From the NCBI RefSeq assembly GCF_001194135.2, contig NC_068983.1:81298132-81362131 (forward strand): a stretch of DNA of 64,000 nt, read 5' to 3'. Position numbers and translations under genes: made by a program. This DNA comes from Octopus bimaculoides. Its lineage: Eukaryota. Under the pieces are notes generated by a model. It did not search any database. It was not told the origin of the DNA and saw only the letters and a program-made list of their open reading frames with translations. Shown here in pieces: positions 1 to 13,072 of this stretch (within the stretch, counting starts at the first letter, position 1; the number at the start of each line of letters is the position of its first letter).

Positions 1-175
1 CATTATTGAAGAAAAGGGTGAATATATTAGATCAGTTGGGGTTGATGTGGGTACTTATGAGATCAGATAACAAATATCAGAACTAGATACTATATAACAA
101 AAAATAATGATTGCAACAGTTATGAAAATATGTAGAGATAGAGACAGATGCCTGCAACTTTATGGACTTCATAAT

Positions 176-541
176 TTACCTCTGATTTAGCAAAGGCGGA
201 GGTATTGTTTTTCAGTTGTGTTTGTTTGTTTGTCCATGGACAAAATATCTCAAGAACCACTGGATGGATTTGGATGAAACTTTCAGGGATATTTGGCCTT
301 GTGACTGACATGATCTGATTAGATTTTGGGATTGATCTGGTGCCAGACAAGGATTCTGGATTATTTTTCCTGTTTCTTTTACTTAATTTTTGAGAGCGGT
401 CAAGTTCATTTTTAGTATTCTCGTTTGTGAGAGGAGTCGAGTTTATTTCAGATATTCTCATTTTAAAAATCATCTCTGGCTAATCGTTGAGAGGACGTTG
501 GTGTTGTCTCGGCAGAAGTTTGTGCTCTCTGAGTGCTCTTG
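176..541 (+). mobile_element. Non-autonomous Helentron-associated element (DINE-1/HINE-like)
   Basis: 5' TTACCTCTG (176-184) with nearby inverted partner GGCGGAGGTA (195-204), short (GTTT)n tract, 3' partner GGCAGAAGT (511-519) followed by terminal hairpin GTGCTC-TCT-GAGTGC (522-536). This layout matches the known HINE/DINE-1 architecture. Confidence 0.6.
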
Positions 542-599
542 TACTGTTATTAGTTTTAATTCTATGGAACAAAGTGTAGATTGCATGTAATTTTTTAAA

Positions 600-763
600 C
601 AGGTGTGGCTGTGTGGTAAGAAGCTTGGTTCCCACCCACATGGTTTCAGGTTCAGTCCCACTGCATAGCACCTTGGGCAAGTGTCTTCTACTATAGCCTT
701 GAGCTGACCAAAGCCTTGTGAGTGGATTTGGTAGATGGAAACTGAAAGAAGCTCATCACACAC

Positions 764-799
<36 letters not shown>

Positions 800-975
800 A
801 CATATTTATGTGTGTGTGTCTTTCTGTCTATGTTTGTACCCCCACCATCACTTGATAACCGATGTTAGTGTGTTTATGTCTCTGTAACTTAGAGGTCTGG
901 CAAAAAATCGACCGATAGAATAAGTACCAGGCTTACAAAGAATAAGTCGTGGGGTCGATTTCTTTGACTAAAAAA
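600..975 (+). mobile_element. SINE F1 (tRNA-like head, internal CA/TA/TG microsatellite, tail module; 3' truncated)
   Basis: Head GGTGTGGCTGTGTGGTAAGAAG...GGTTCAGTCCCAC with Pol III A/B-box-like motifs; same sequence recurs at 7.3, 12.6, 14.3, 36.2, 52.8 and 63.1 kb. Confidence 0.85.
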
Positions 976-2380
976 CCTTTGGATAAAAGAATATTTTTAT
1001 GTAATAATTAATCTAATAATTATGAAATGTTATTTCCATATAACAATACTTTTTAAATAAGTTTTCACATATTTATCAAACTGGATTTTGTTGCTTGTTT
1101 TTCATGATTAGGTCTACATTTTCCTTTAGCATTCAAATTTAAAGTACATCAACGAACTCAGTTGATTGACACCATACTTTTACCCAACAGAGCCTTTGGG
1201 TATTTGTGTTATTGGGTTACCAGAGGTTCATATTATTTCCTGTTGTTTTCACTATTGCATTTTAAACTGACACCACTTAGTGTCTTATTTTAGAGTGTAT
1301 TTCTTGACTCACAGTGCCTTATCTTTGTTCATTACTTGACTCAGTCAGAGAAGGCTATGCTCAAAAGCCATGTAAAGTTTGCAGTGAAATGAAAGAACCC
1401 AAAAGCTCTAATGACAGAATGATAGATTCACCATCTTTGTTATCATACATCCATTTTTCCAAACTTATGTCTCATCATTGATCATGGTTCTCTTGCATTT
1501 GGTATACACAGCAACAGAAAAAAAATGAAAACAAAAACAAAAAAACCCGGTCATCCTTGTAGTGTATGTTATACTTGTGACATGGTTTAACAGCTGGGTG
1601 TGCTTCCTGTCACCAACCCCATTACAGTATGGAGAATAGTGAAGATAAAAAACAAACAAAAAACAAAAAAAAAACTACAACAAAACAAAGCAAAGAGAAA
1701 TTATTGGTATAATCCTCGATTCCAGTAAATGTTTTTAAACACCTACTTCATATGGCATTTCTCTTTGAAATTCTGTTGGGTCTGTGCATCTATTAGGATT
1801 AAAAGAACCCTAGAGAAGCTTCAAGTCTGCAATTGAAATCACAGCTTGATTATAATGATAGGTCTGGCAGCATCTATTCTGTATGAAACAATATCCATAA
1901 GCAGAAAAGTAAAATGTAATCTAAATTTAAATGTGTTTATGTATTGGTGTACATCTACAAAAGGGCTTAAAGACATACATATACACATACACAGACGTAC
2001 ATATTAACTGAGATAAAAGCTAGCAAATGATTACAAGAGACCCCGTTGAAGATTAATGATCTGAAATGTATTTGCCAAATTTGTCAACGGCACCTTTCAA
2101 TAGGAAAATAATGGTTGAATTTGCAATTTATCACTCAACAACAGTGTTCCAAAGTTGGCGCCAGCAGTAAGAGTAGCAAAAAGAAGTCTGAAAGAATTCC
2201 TTACGCATAAACATTACAATAAAATATATGAATATCAATTTGGTAACTAAACTAGAGAACTATAAAAATAAGCTATAAATACCAGACATGTGGAGTGCAG
2301 GTGGAGTTGGAGGAAGAGCAAATAGTTTTCTGAAAACATGTATGTACATCTCTTACACACAAACATATGTATGCACACAC

Positions 2381-2386
2381 ACTATA

Positions 2387-2419
<33 letters not shown>

Positions 2420-2448
2420 ATACACATACACACACACACACATATATA

Positions 2449-2500
<52 letters not shown>
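2381..2500. repeat. Compound (TA)n/(TATG)n/(CA)n microsatellite
   Basis: Directly visible. Confidence 0.95.
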
Positions 2501-2502
<2 letters not shown>

Positions 2503-3331
2503 TACACACATTTATGAAAGTAAAAATATTGCAAACGTTCAAGAGACAATAATTTACCCTTAAAAAAGGGTAAAAAGTGAACACACACACACTAAAATGT
2601 TACAGTGATGAAGATGGAAAGATAGAAAGATGAAAGGCAAAGTAAAAACAAAGAAAAAAAAAGTGTGAATAAATAAATAGCTAAATAAATACATGTATAA
2701 ATGATAAATAAGACAAGTTTTGGATGATGGTGTGGGGGTGGGGGATGGAGATGAAAAGAAGACAAGCATAGAGGAGAAAAAAAAAATGAAATTATAAAGA
2801 AAGAGAAAATAGAAGAAAGAAAGAGAAAAACACAGTACTATTTGCCTGTCAATAACAGAGCATAGAGGAATAGAAAATATCAGTTCATTAAATAAATAGA
2901 GAGGTATAACTCGGTTTGGGGCATTAGCGTAGTGGTGATGGTGGTAAGTGGGAGGGTGGAGGGTGAGAGGTGGTGGAATCAATAAGTAAGTGAACTGGTA
3001 TTGTGTGCACGTGTGTGTGTGTGTGTGTGTGTGAGTGAGAGAGATTTGTGCATATGAGAATGAATAATATCGAGTGTATGTATGTGTGTATATATATGAA
3101 AAAAAAAAAAAAAGCTATGTGTTTATAACATTAGGTATGAAAAAGAATGTTCAGAGCATGTAGATAGTTTCGATCTGTATGTGTGCAAATACATCTGTGT
3201 GTGTGCACGCATGTGTGTGCATGTGCGTGACTGTGGTCTTATGTAATAATGAATATTTATATAAATGCAATAAAGCATTTGTAATTGTGCGTGTATGTGT
3301 GTACACCCATGCATGTTTGCTTGTGCTTCTG

Positions 3332-3384
<53 letters not shown>

Positions 3385-3687
3385 GTGTGTATGTAAACAT
3401 ATGTGTATTTATGCTGTATTTATGCTTTGTACATAATTACAGTGACAAATACTGACTGAAAGATGAACAGTTATACAGGGTGGTATAATATCTATTAACT
3501 TCATTATTATTTTTTTGTTGTTGTTGTTGGTAATAATGCTTATTTTCAATCATCTCAAATCATCTTCAAGTACCATATCACAACAAATATACATCTACAT
3601 AGGTCAGTATTGAACTTGCAAATCTTCAAATCTTTTATGAATTATGGTGCCATCTAATTGTTTTTGCTTTTTGATATTATATTCTTC

Positions 3688-4440
3688 TATTCTTTTATTT
3701 GTTTCAGTCATTTGACTGTGGCCATGCTGGAGCACTGCCTTGAAGTGTTTTAGTCGAACAAATCGACTGAAGGACTTATTTTTTTAAAGTTTAGCACTTA
3801 TTCTATTGGTCTCTTTTGCTGAACTGAATTACGGGTATGTAAACACACCAGCACTGGCTATCAAGTGGTGATGGGGAGATATACACAGACACAAAAACAC
3901 ACACAGACAGCAAGCTGGCTGAAACCTTAGCACGCCGGACGAAATGCTTAGCGGTATTTCATCTGCCATTACGTTCTGAGTTCAAATTCCGTTGAGGTCG
4001 ACTTTGCCTTTCATCCTTTTGGTGTCAATAAATTAGGTACCAGTTATGCACTGGAGTCGATGTAATCGACTTAATCCCTTTGTCTGTCCTTGTTTGTCTC
4101 CTCTGTGTTTAGTCCCTTGTGGGCAATAAAGAAAAAAAAAACACACACAGCCATATACATGTATATATATATATATGATGGGNNNNNNNNNNGTCCTTGT
4201 TTGTCTCCTCTGTGTTTAGTCCCTTGTGGGCAATAAAGAAAAAAAAAACACACACAGCCATATACATGTATATATATATATATGATGGGCTTCTTTCAGT
4301 TTCTGTCTACCAAATCCACTCACAAGGATTTGATTGGCCTGAGGCTATAGTTGTAGACACTTGCCCAAGGTGCCATGCAGTGGGACAGAACCTGGAACCA
4401 TGTGGTTAGGAGGCAAGCTTCTTACCACACAGCCACATCT
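3688..4440 (-). mobile_element. SINE F1, interrupted by an F2 copy in its internal microsatellite
   Basis: Tail module about 3688-3905 and head module about 4283-4440, both reverse-complement of the 600-975 copy. Confidence 0.8.
3912..4131 (+). mobile_element. SINE F2 nested inside F1
   Basis: TTAGCACGCCGGACGAAATGCTTAGCGGTATTT...GTTCTGAGTTCAAATTCC...GCCTTTCATCCTTT...AAATTAGGTACCAG, shared with the 38.7-40.0 kb units; A-rich 3' end. Confidence 0.8.
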
Positions 4441-4764
4441 AGCTTTGTCAAAGGAGGAGAGATATTTCCCAAACGTTTTGCAGAACTTTCAAGACTGATG
4501 AGAGATTGAATGGAAGAAACTATGATTCTTTGAGGCAATATTCATTTACAACCCCTTTAGTTACAAGTTCAAATTCTGATACTTGCTGATTGTTTTCCAG
4601 CTCTTCAGGATTGCTAAAAAAGAACAAAGTATGTATGATGGATAAAGGGAATCTGTTGTTTGACAGTTCCTGATTGACCTTATGCCAAAATACAAAATCA
4701 TTTTTGTTATTGAGGGAAATTGGCAAAAACAATAGACTACTAAATTAAATGCTGATACCACATA

Positions 4765-5035
4765 ATGAGCATCCAGTTCACACTGTAAAGTGGTTGGTGT
4801 TTGGAAGGGCATCCAGCTGTAAATACCTTGCGAAAACTGACTTCATCTATGCTTGAGTCATGTAAAAAGCACTCAGTCCACTCTGATGTGTGGTTGGTGT
4901 TAGGAACAGCATCCAGCCATAAAAACCCTTCCAAAACAGACACAGAAACCTGGTGCAGGCTCCTGCCTGGCCAGCACCTGTCAAACTGTTTAACCCATGC
5001 CAGCATGGAAAGCAGACATTAAATGATGATGATAA
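4765..5035 (+). mobile_element. SINE-like F4 with internally duplicated GTGGTTGG..GGAAGGGCATCCAGC block and (GAT)n tail
   Basis: Motif present twice (about 4790 and 4890); 3' end AACCCATGCCAGCATGGAAAGCAGACATTAAATGATGATGAT shared with 45.3, 58.3 and 59.0 kb. Confidence 0.75.
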
Positions 5036-5305
5036 TGACAGTATTTAAATTTGTCCATGTAGGTTCTGAGTTAAATCTCAAAAAGTTGCTTTTACTTTTC
5101 ATTTAAGTGGAGATTGGCAGGTACCAGCAATGTACTGGGGTTCATCTATGGTTTTTCTACAAAGAGCAAAATAATCTTATAGCTACCGACCAAAGTCCTC
5201 ATTGTGACTGATAGAACACAACTGTGTAAGGTTTTGCTTTTGTTGAGTAGAACCAATAAACTCCAAAAAAAAACAGACCATAATCTAAATGTGACTGATC
5301 AAACG

Positions 5306-5680
5306 TTTACCGTTTACTTGCTTCAGTCATTAGACTATGGCCATGCTGGGGTACCACCTCGAAAATTTTTAGTCAAATGAATCAATCCCAGCTTTTATTT
5401 TTTTAGGCCTGGTATTTAATTCTTCTATCACTCTCTTTTGCTGAACTGCTAAGTTACAGAGATGTAAATGCACCAACAGCAGTTGTAAAACTGTTGTAGG
5501 GGGACAAACCCATGCACAAAGACATACAACAAGCTTCTTTCAGCTTCAGTCTACCAAATCCACTCACAAGGCTTTATTTGGCCTGAGGCTAGAGTAGAAG
5601 ACATTTTCCCAAGGTACCACACAGTGAGACTGAACCTGGAACCATGTGGTTGGGACTTACCACACATCGATACCTGTGCC
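5306..5680 (-). mobile_element. SINE F1 (diverged)
   Basis: Reverse-complement similarity to F1 tail and head modules. Confidence 0.75.
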
Positions 5681-5789
5681 TATTCGTGTTCCAGCAGCAA
5701 CAGCACATATCTCATCTTTACTATGGTTATGCTAACGTAAGATTTAAATGCCTAGTTTAAAGATGGTATAAAGCTAGTTGATAGAAATT

Positions 5790-6520
5790 TGGCAATTGCA
5801 ATTAGCAGATTAAGTGATTACATAGAAAGACTTGGATGAAATGCTTTTGTCCATCTGATTCAGAGATCTACATTTCTGCACCTGAGTCATACAGGGAATA
5901 CTATTTTTTTACATCCTTCTGAAGACATGATTAAAAAATATGGGTAAGATTTTAAGATTCTAGATCAAATAAGTACCAGTCAAATACTGTTGTCAATGTA
6001 ATTGACTTAACCCTTCTCCAAAATTAACTCCTTGTGCCAAAATTTGAAATCATTGTTATTATTATTATAATTATTATCATAATTATCATCATCATCATCA
6101 TCATTATTATTATCATTATTATTATTATTATTATCGAGGTGGCAAATCATTTGTACATTGGACAAAATATTTAGTGGAGTTTTTCTGGCTGTTTAGTTTC
6201 TGAGTTCAGCATAGCCTTTCATACTTTCAAGGTTGACGAAATAAGTACCAGTTGAGCACTGGGGTCAACATAATTGACTTAAAACCCTCCCCCAAACTTG
6301 AAGGTCTTGTACCAAAATTTGGAATTATTATTATCTTCATCATCATTATTATTATTATTTGTTTCTAATTTAGGCACACAATCTAAATTTTATTGACCTG
6401 GCAGAGTGAAGGGCAAAGTTGACCTCAGCAGGATTTGAATTCAGAACATAGCATGCTGGAAGAAATACTGCTGGAAGACTATTTTTTCTTATGCTCTGGC
6501 AATTTTGTCCATCCACCATC
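5790..6520. mobile_element. Cluster of three diverged F2 SINE copies (+,+,-) joined by ATT/ATC repeats
   Basis: AATAAGTACCAG and CTTGTGCCAAAATTTGAAATCATT motifs on + twice, then reverse copy 6365-6520. Confidence 0.65.
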
Positions 6521-7313
6521 CTAATAATAATAACAACAACAACAACAAAAGAGATTCATGCCTGGAAATTAGTGATGACAAATCTTTTCAAGTCTAGTGG
6601 CCTTGTAAGTAATTCTTGTAAAACAGAGTATGACAGATTTGCTACAACTCTCTTATTTAAGTCTTAGTTCCAATGACTCTTAATTACTTGAAGATGGTGT
6701 TTGGTGCTACTCTTCATTCTTATTAGAAATGTTCCAGTCAAATATTTCAGTTTCCTTAAATCTCTAGCCCAGATACTTTCTTACTTCTCTAATCTAGATG
6801 CTTTTTAATCATTAATCATGTTCTTTTCTTTTTTTTTTTCCTCTTGCACTGTTCTTGTGTCTTACAGTAAAATGTATGATATTAAATATCTTACTTTCTC
6901 TTTCTAAGTTCTTTCTCTTTCTAAGTTCACACTGAAATAATTCCACAGGATCTGACAAGTCACTTTCAATACAGCTTCTGGCGGATAATGGCATCATTTT
7001 TTTTCATCTACTTTAAATCCAAATTTCTTACTAAGCTTCTAGTGTATATTTTCCCTACATTGTCAAAATCTTCAACTGATTTCAATTACCCAGTAAAACC
7101 TCCCCATTTTCCCATCTACAGTCTCTGTCTTTAAAGAAACAGAAGACTGTGTTATAGTATTTAATTCCATTCTTTTACATTCTGACAATATTAAAGTTGC
7201 TTTCCCTCTCAGTGGGATCAATAAAATATCAGTCAAATACTGACCTGAAATCAGTCAACTACAGCCCTCCCCTAAAAGCAAGAAGTCTGGAACCAAAGTG
7301 GGTATCTTTTGAA

Positions 7314-7722
7314 TTACTCTTTTACTCTTTTACTTGTTTCAGTCATTTGACTGTGACCATGATGGAGCACTGCCTTTAGTCGACCAAATCGACCCCAGGG
7401 CTTATTCTTTGGAAGCTTAGTACTTATTCTATCAGTCTCTTTTGCCAAACCGCTAAGTTACGGGGACGTAAACACATCAGCATCGGTTGTCAAGCGATGT
7501 TGGGGGAACAAACACAGACATGCAAACATATACACACACATACATATATATACATACATACATACGACGGGCTTCTTTCAGTTTCCGTCTACCAAATCCA
7601 CTCACAAGGCTTTGGTCAGCCCGAGGCTATAGTAGAAGACACTTGTCCAAGGTGCCATGCAGTGGGACTGAACCTGGAACCATGTGGTTGGTAAGCAAGC
7701 TACTTACCACACAGCCACTCCT
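7314..7722 (-). mobile_element. SINE F1, full length, relatively young
   Basis: Complete head, microsatellite and tail; (TACTCTTT)n end; CpGs retained. Confidence 0.9.
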
Positions 7723-8887
7723 ACACCTATTGCAGAATTCCATAAAATAAAAAAGTTCTTGTTGAAACAAGACTGGAAAGCCTCTGGTTTATTTATATCT
7801 CTTACGATATTGAGAAATTACAACTTCACATACTCTCTTCATCAATGATTTCATATTTTCATGCTAGCAGTATAAGAAACAATTCTTATTTTTATCTAAT
7901 CATTACAGGCATATTATAGATTGTCTGAAATAGTGGGATAGTTTGAAATGATGGTGTTTAGATCGATAGGAACGAGTTTCCATTGTCACAGAGACACAGC
8001 GGCGATTGTGATGATTAGATGAGTGAAAACGAGGAAAGAGACACTGATGGTATTGATTATTATATTGATCGCATTAGAGAAGATGAAAATGACTAGGATG
8101 TTAAAGAGTATTAGATGCAAGACTTAAACTTTAGAAGTATTCCTGAATTAATATCAAAACTTGAAAAGAAAGTAAAAAAAAAAAAAGAAACAAAAAGACA
8201 AAGAAAATGTAGAGGATATGTTTTAAGATGTACACAAACATATGTATTATATCCAAACATATATGTACACATATTTGACAGTCTATTTTGTAGGAATAGA
8301 TATGTAATAAGTGAATATGTATTCATCATAAAATAGAAAGAAAGATAAAAACACAAAAATAAGAGATGCTAATTAGATAAAGATCAACAAATTCAGCTCT
8401 GGTGTAAATTATTACGATTAAGATAATGATGTTAATCTTAACACTTTTAGTTTTCCACTTTATTTTTTTCAATTTTCCTGGCATTTACTTTTAGTAACTT
8501 CTGTTTTACCGTTATATCTTTTTGCTTTTTTGCTTAATTTCTATTTAGAACAAAATTTTGGTCGTATCTTTAATTTTTTTTTTTTTAGCTTCAGCTTATC
8601 AATACCATGTAATAGGAAAATGAGAAGAAAGAAATGTATTTAAAAGAAAAAAATATCTAATATAAAACTAAATTTTATCTATTTGCTTATTTACATTAAA
8701 ATTTTGATAATACTGAAGTGGTAAAGTTGTGAATAATTAATATGAATGCCAACCAAAAATTAATGGCTACATTACTTTTGCTGCATTCAGCTCTACTTGG
8801 GCAATCAATGCCAACATCATTACCTCCTCCTCTTCCTACTCCTCAAGGAAGCATTTTAAATTTTTCTCTTGTATAAATTCTTTATAG

Positions 8888-9072
8888 TTCTTTGAAGAAA
8901 CTATCTGTTTGCTATTCTGCCAGGTATCGCTCCAATTTTTTCTTGGAGTAGGACCTAACAGATATGACAAGTTGAGAAGCTTCTTTGAAGATACTTTATG
9001 TTTACTATTCTGCTAAGTATTGCACCAATTCTTCTTGAAGTAGGACCTAGCAGATATGACAAGTTGAGAAGC
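8888..9072. repeat. Tandem duplication, 93 + 92 bp
   Basis: 8888-8980 and 8981-9072 align with about 12 differences (about 87%). Confidence 0.9.
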
Positions 9073-9555
9073 TTTAACTTCAAAATATCCTTAAAACAGA
9101 GTATTGTACAATTAACATATATTTTATACGTGACATGTCCTTCTCGACAAAATATCAAATGCTAGAGTTGTGATCCTTCTAAGACACAAAATTGACTACT
9201 GATAACAAAAATGGAAGGCCTTACATAGCATATTATACCATACAATAGTTATTACAAGTCTTCAAGACATACAAGAGAACATTTAAGATATAAGCTATAT
9301 TTTCTTTACAAACTTATGGAAAGGTTCCTGTATATATATTTTTGTTACTAAAAAAAAAACAAAGAGTTGATTGCTGATTCACCAATGAGAGAGCTCAACT
9401 TAGTATCATGAATGCTTACACAGTGTATACGAGTGACTATGAGTGTAGAAGAAAGAGAGAGGGGGAGAGGGAGAGAGAGAGAGAGATGCTTTTGAATGCA
9501 GAAAAACAATGTTACAGAATGATTTTGTTTTAATTTGCTATTTTGAAAGACACCT

Positions 9556-9569
9556 GTGTGTGTGTGTGA

Positions 9570-9602
<33 letters not shown>

Positions 9603-9636
9603 AGTGTGTGTGTGTGTGTGTGTGTGCGTGTGCGTG

Positions 9637-9670
<34 letters not shown>

Positions 9671-9680
9671 GTTGCATGTG
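9556..9680. repeat. Imperfect (TG)n microsatellite
   Basis: Directly visible. Confidence 0.95.
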
Positions 9681-12646
9681 CATGTGCAACTTTTGTTGAG
9701 GGGATTCCAATACTGGAATTTATTCGCTTCACTGAAAGACGGAAATCAACAGGATTCAAACACAGACATCATCACTTATATTTTTCCCCTTATACAATTG
9801 GTTAAAATGCTTGAGAATAAAAGAAAGGAGGAAGAAAACACACATTTCTTTAAAATAACAACATTGCTAATAATAGGGGTAATTAATATAATGATGATAT
9901 TGATAATCTTCAATCATTATGATCTTCCTCCCCTACTTTTCAACATCATGGTCATTATCACCATCACAAAGAAAGCAAAGTACAAAATAGCAGCAACAGC
10001 AATGGTAGCAGAGAATTTATGAGCTCCAGTCACAGTATCAGCTGTTTAATAAAAGAGCAAAGCCACAAGTTTCCTTCAATGCATGTTTCCCTATGCATCC
10101 AATTTATCCTGCACTCTGTTCCAGCTGAGAAAACAAAACAAAAAGGGAAGAGAAAGGGAAAGGGAGAAAATAGATGGGAGGGGATTGTAGTTATGTGGTC
10201 ATTTTGTCTGAGATTGTTTGTCTGGATAAACTGGCTGGTCAGCAGATTGAAGGAGAGATAAATAAATGTTGGGGGCAACAGTCAAAGATATCAATGTCAT
10301 GGCAATTTGGCTCCTGCAGATTCAGAGAGAATATAGAAAGGGAACGGTCAAGAAAGAGGAGAGTTCAAAGACAGAGAGAGAGAGAGAGAATATGAAAGAG
10401 GAGTAAGTGCAATAAAAAAGACAAAGTAAATAAGTAAGGGGGTAGAAAGAAATGGAAATGAGTAATAAAAAGGACAGTAGAAAAGACATTAAGGCGAGTG
10501 TATGTGAAAAGTGTGTATCTGAAAGTGGTGGTAGAGGTGATCATATGGTTGACAGTCATGAGAGAAGGAGCTATAAAGGCTAATTCTCCTTTGGCTTTGC
10601 CTGCTTTTCTCTCTATCTTCACATTATGTTCAGTCTATCTCCATGTCAAACTGTCAACAAATAACCTCAATTATTGTAATCTCAGTGGTCAGTAGACAGA
10701 AAATAAACATGTCTAACAGTCAACTAATAGGCATATCCTTGTCCAGGCCATTAATGACCTCTATCATCATCGCAGTAATTTTTACAACAATGATGAGAGC
10801 CACTACGACCACCCATACTACATCCAACAATACAACAAAGAGATTTACAAACGGAGAGCACACATCCCCTTCACTAAAAGCTTTAAGATGAGAACCACCA
10901 CCACTACCACAAACCCAGCCACTAAACAATGAGCCACTGCAACCTTCATTACCACCACCACTCCTTTAATAATGTTTAGTAGTATTGACTATTAACGGAA
11001 GAACAAGAGAAAGAGATAGGGGGAAAGGGAGAGAGAAGAACAAAGGGGAGAGGTCTTTTGCAGCTCTCCATCTCTTGCTCCTTTCTTGGCCTATGGTGTT
11101 TGGTGCTTATTTTACCAAAGTAGTCGCAGATTGTTTGCATGAGGAGCGAAGTGTGTAATGGGGGTGTTCAGGGGGTGGAAAAAGGAAGATATGTTTGGGA
11201 CAATGAGTGAACTACATTAATCCTACCCAACCCACCCTTCTACCTTCATGGCTGACCATTCCGCACACACACTCCTCTTTCTTTTAAGGTGGTGTTAGTG
11301 TTATTTATTGGCACTCACGAATATAAGGAGGTGGAAGTGGAGATGTAGAAGGGAAGCAATGAGAAAGGGGGGGAAATCAGAACAGATATGGTAAAAGTAT
11401 GGGGAAATGGAGAGGAAGTCACCTGGAAAATGTAGAAAGGAGGAAGAAGAAATAAGATAGATTTCTGTCTTAGAGGGGGAATAATAGAGAGAGTTGAGGA
11501 AAGAGAAGTGAGAAAAAAGAAAAGTGGGGAGGAAAATGAGAGATGAAGAAAATGGGGATAGAGAGATAGGAGAGGTGGGGTGAGCAGAGATACCAGAAAG
11601 GTAATGCAGAGAGGGTAGACAAACAGAGAAGTCTTTCCTACTTCAATCATCACAGCAATTAGGAGAGGAATGAAGCTGAGGCCAAGGATTACAGAAAGGA
11701 AGAAAGGTCAACTAGTGACCAAGATTTGGAGGTTATTATTATATTGCTCTCTCTAAACACTTTCACACTCATATGAATAGTGTGCAACTAAATATATGCA
11801 ATCACAGCAGAATCAGAAGAATGTAAGGTTCTTTAATAACATATGCACACTGGTTTATAGAGAATAGAAAGGCAGCAAATTAGGTATATCCGATACTAAA
11901 CATAGCTACAGTTTGCAGTGAAGGAGACAATAGCAAAAAGATAAAAAAAAAAATTGCAAGAGAAGCAGAAGTAAATAAGGAAAGAAATTGTGGAAAGCCA
12001 GAGTAAAAGAATGAGAAGAAATCATGGGAAAATGTAAAGAAGATACAAATGGATAAAGGAATGTTATGAGACTAAAAGGAAATATAAATTAAAAATTGAA
12101 AATGATAGGGGAAATTAAAGAAAATATATTTCTCATAGATAAATATTTTGCTAAAAATTTTGAAAAAAATTGCAGCCGCATAATTCAAAATTGAATTTCA
12201 AAACATAGGCTTTTAAAAAAGTTATGTATATTAACTGTGGTTGTCACTGTCAAGCAAGTACATGACTCGGTAGCTTGTACTATGTTCTTGCAAAGTGTTT
12301 TAGGCACCTGTCTTGTAATAAGCAGGCATAAACATGCTCCTGATGATTGGTACTTTCAAAGTTGACTTGGTTGAACACTGAAGATGTGGCTATTGGAAGG
12401 AGGCAGCGAAGTGGGGTAGCAGCATTCAGCAGGTACTCAAGGACATAATGCGTTACCTGCTCCAGGAATCAATGCTGCAATCTTATGCAAACATGACTTT
12501 GTACCTATTTACACACATACAAACACACACGAGCATATGTGTGTGTATTTTTCAATGTATAGAAATATTTTTGTACTAAATTCTTTCAAGTAATACACGG
12601 TGCAGCAAAAGTAATGCCCTTTTTGCATTTAATAACTTTTAGAGTA

Positions 12647-13072
12647 TACTCTTTACTCTCTTTACTCTTTTACTTGTTTCAATCATTTGACTGCAGCCAT
12701 GTTGGGGCACCGCCTTTTTAGTCACGCAAATCGACCCCAGGACTTATTCTTTGGAAGCCTAGTACTTATTCTATCGATCTCTTTTGCCGATCCGCTAAGT
12801 TACAGGGACGTAAACACACAAGCATCGGTTGTCAAGCGATGTTGGGGGGACAAACACAGACACAAACATATACATGCACAGACGTATATATATATATATA
12901 CATACATATATACGACGGGCTTCTTTCAGTTTCCGTCTACCAAATCCACTCACAAGGCTTTGGCCGGCCCGAGACTATAGTAGAAGACACTTGCCCAAGG
13001 TGTCACGCAGTGGGAATGAACCCGGAACCATGTGGTTGGTAAGCAAGCTACTTACCACACAGCCACTCCTGT
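12647..13072 (-). mobile_element. SINE F1, full length, young
   Basis: Closely similar to 7314-7722; many CpGs intact. Confidence 0.9.

Noticed and set aside
470-763. Recurring ORFs with YQIHSQGFG...TCPRCHAVGLNLEPCGW, also at 4.2, 7.5, 12.8 and 36.4 kb
   Set aside because: Antisense translations of the F1 SINE head, not a gene family
4086-4289. Exact 97-bp direct repeat (4086-4182, 4193-4289)
   Set aside because: The copies sit on either side of a 10-N gap, typical of unmerged overlapping contig ends; assembly artefact
4601-4628. Plus-strand micro-exon candidates (4601-4628 LFRIAKKEQ; 16971-16990 EVKYQS)
   Set aside because: Plausible splice dinucleotides but no compositional or homology support; expected by chance
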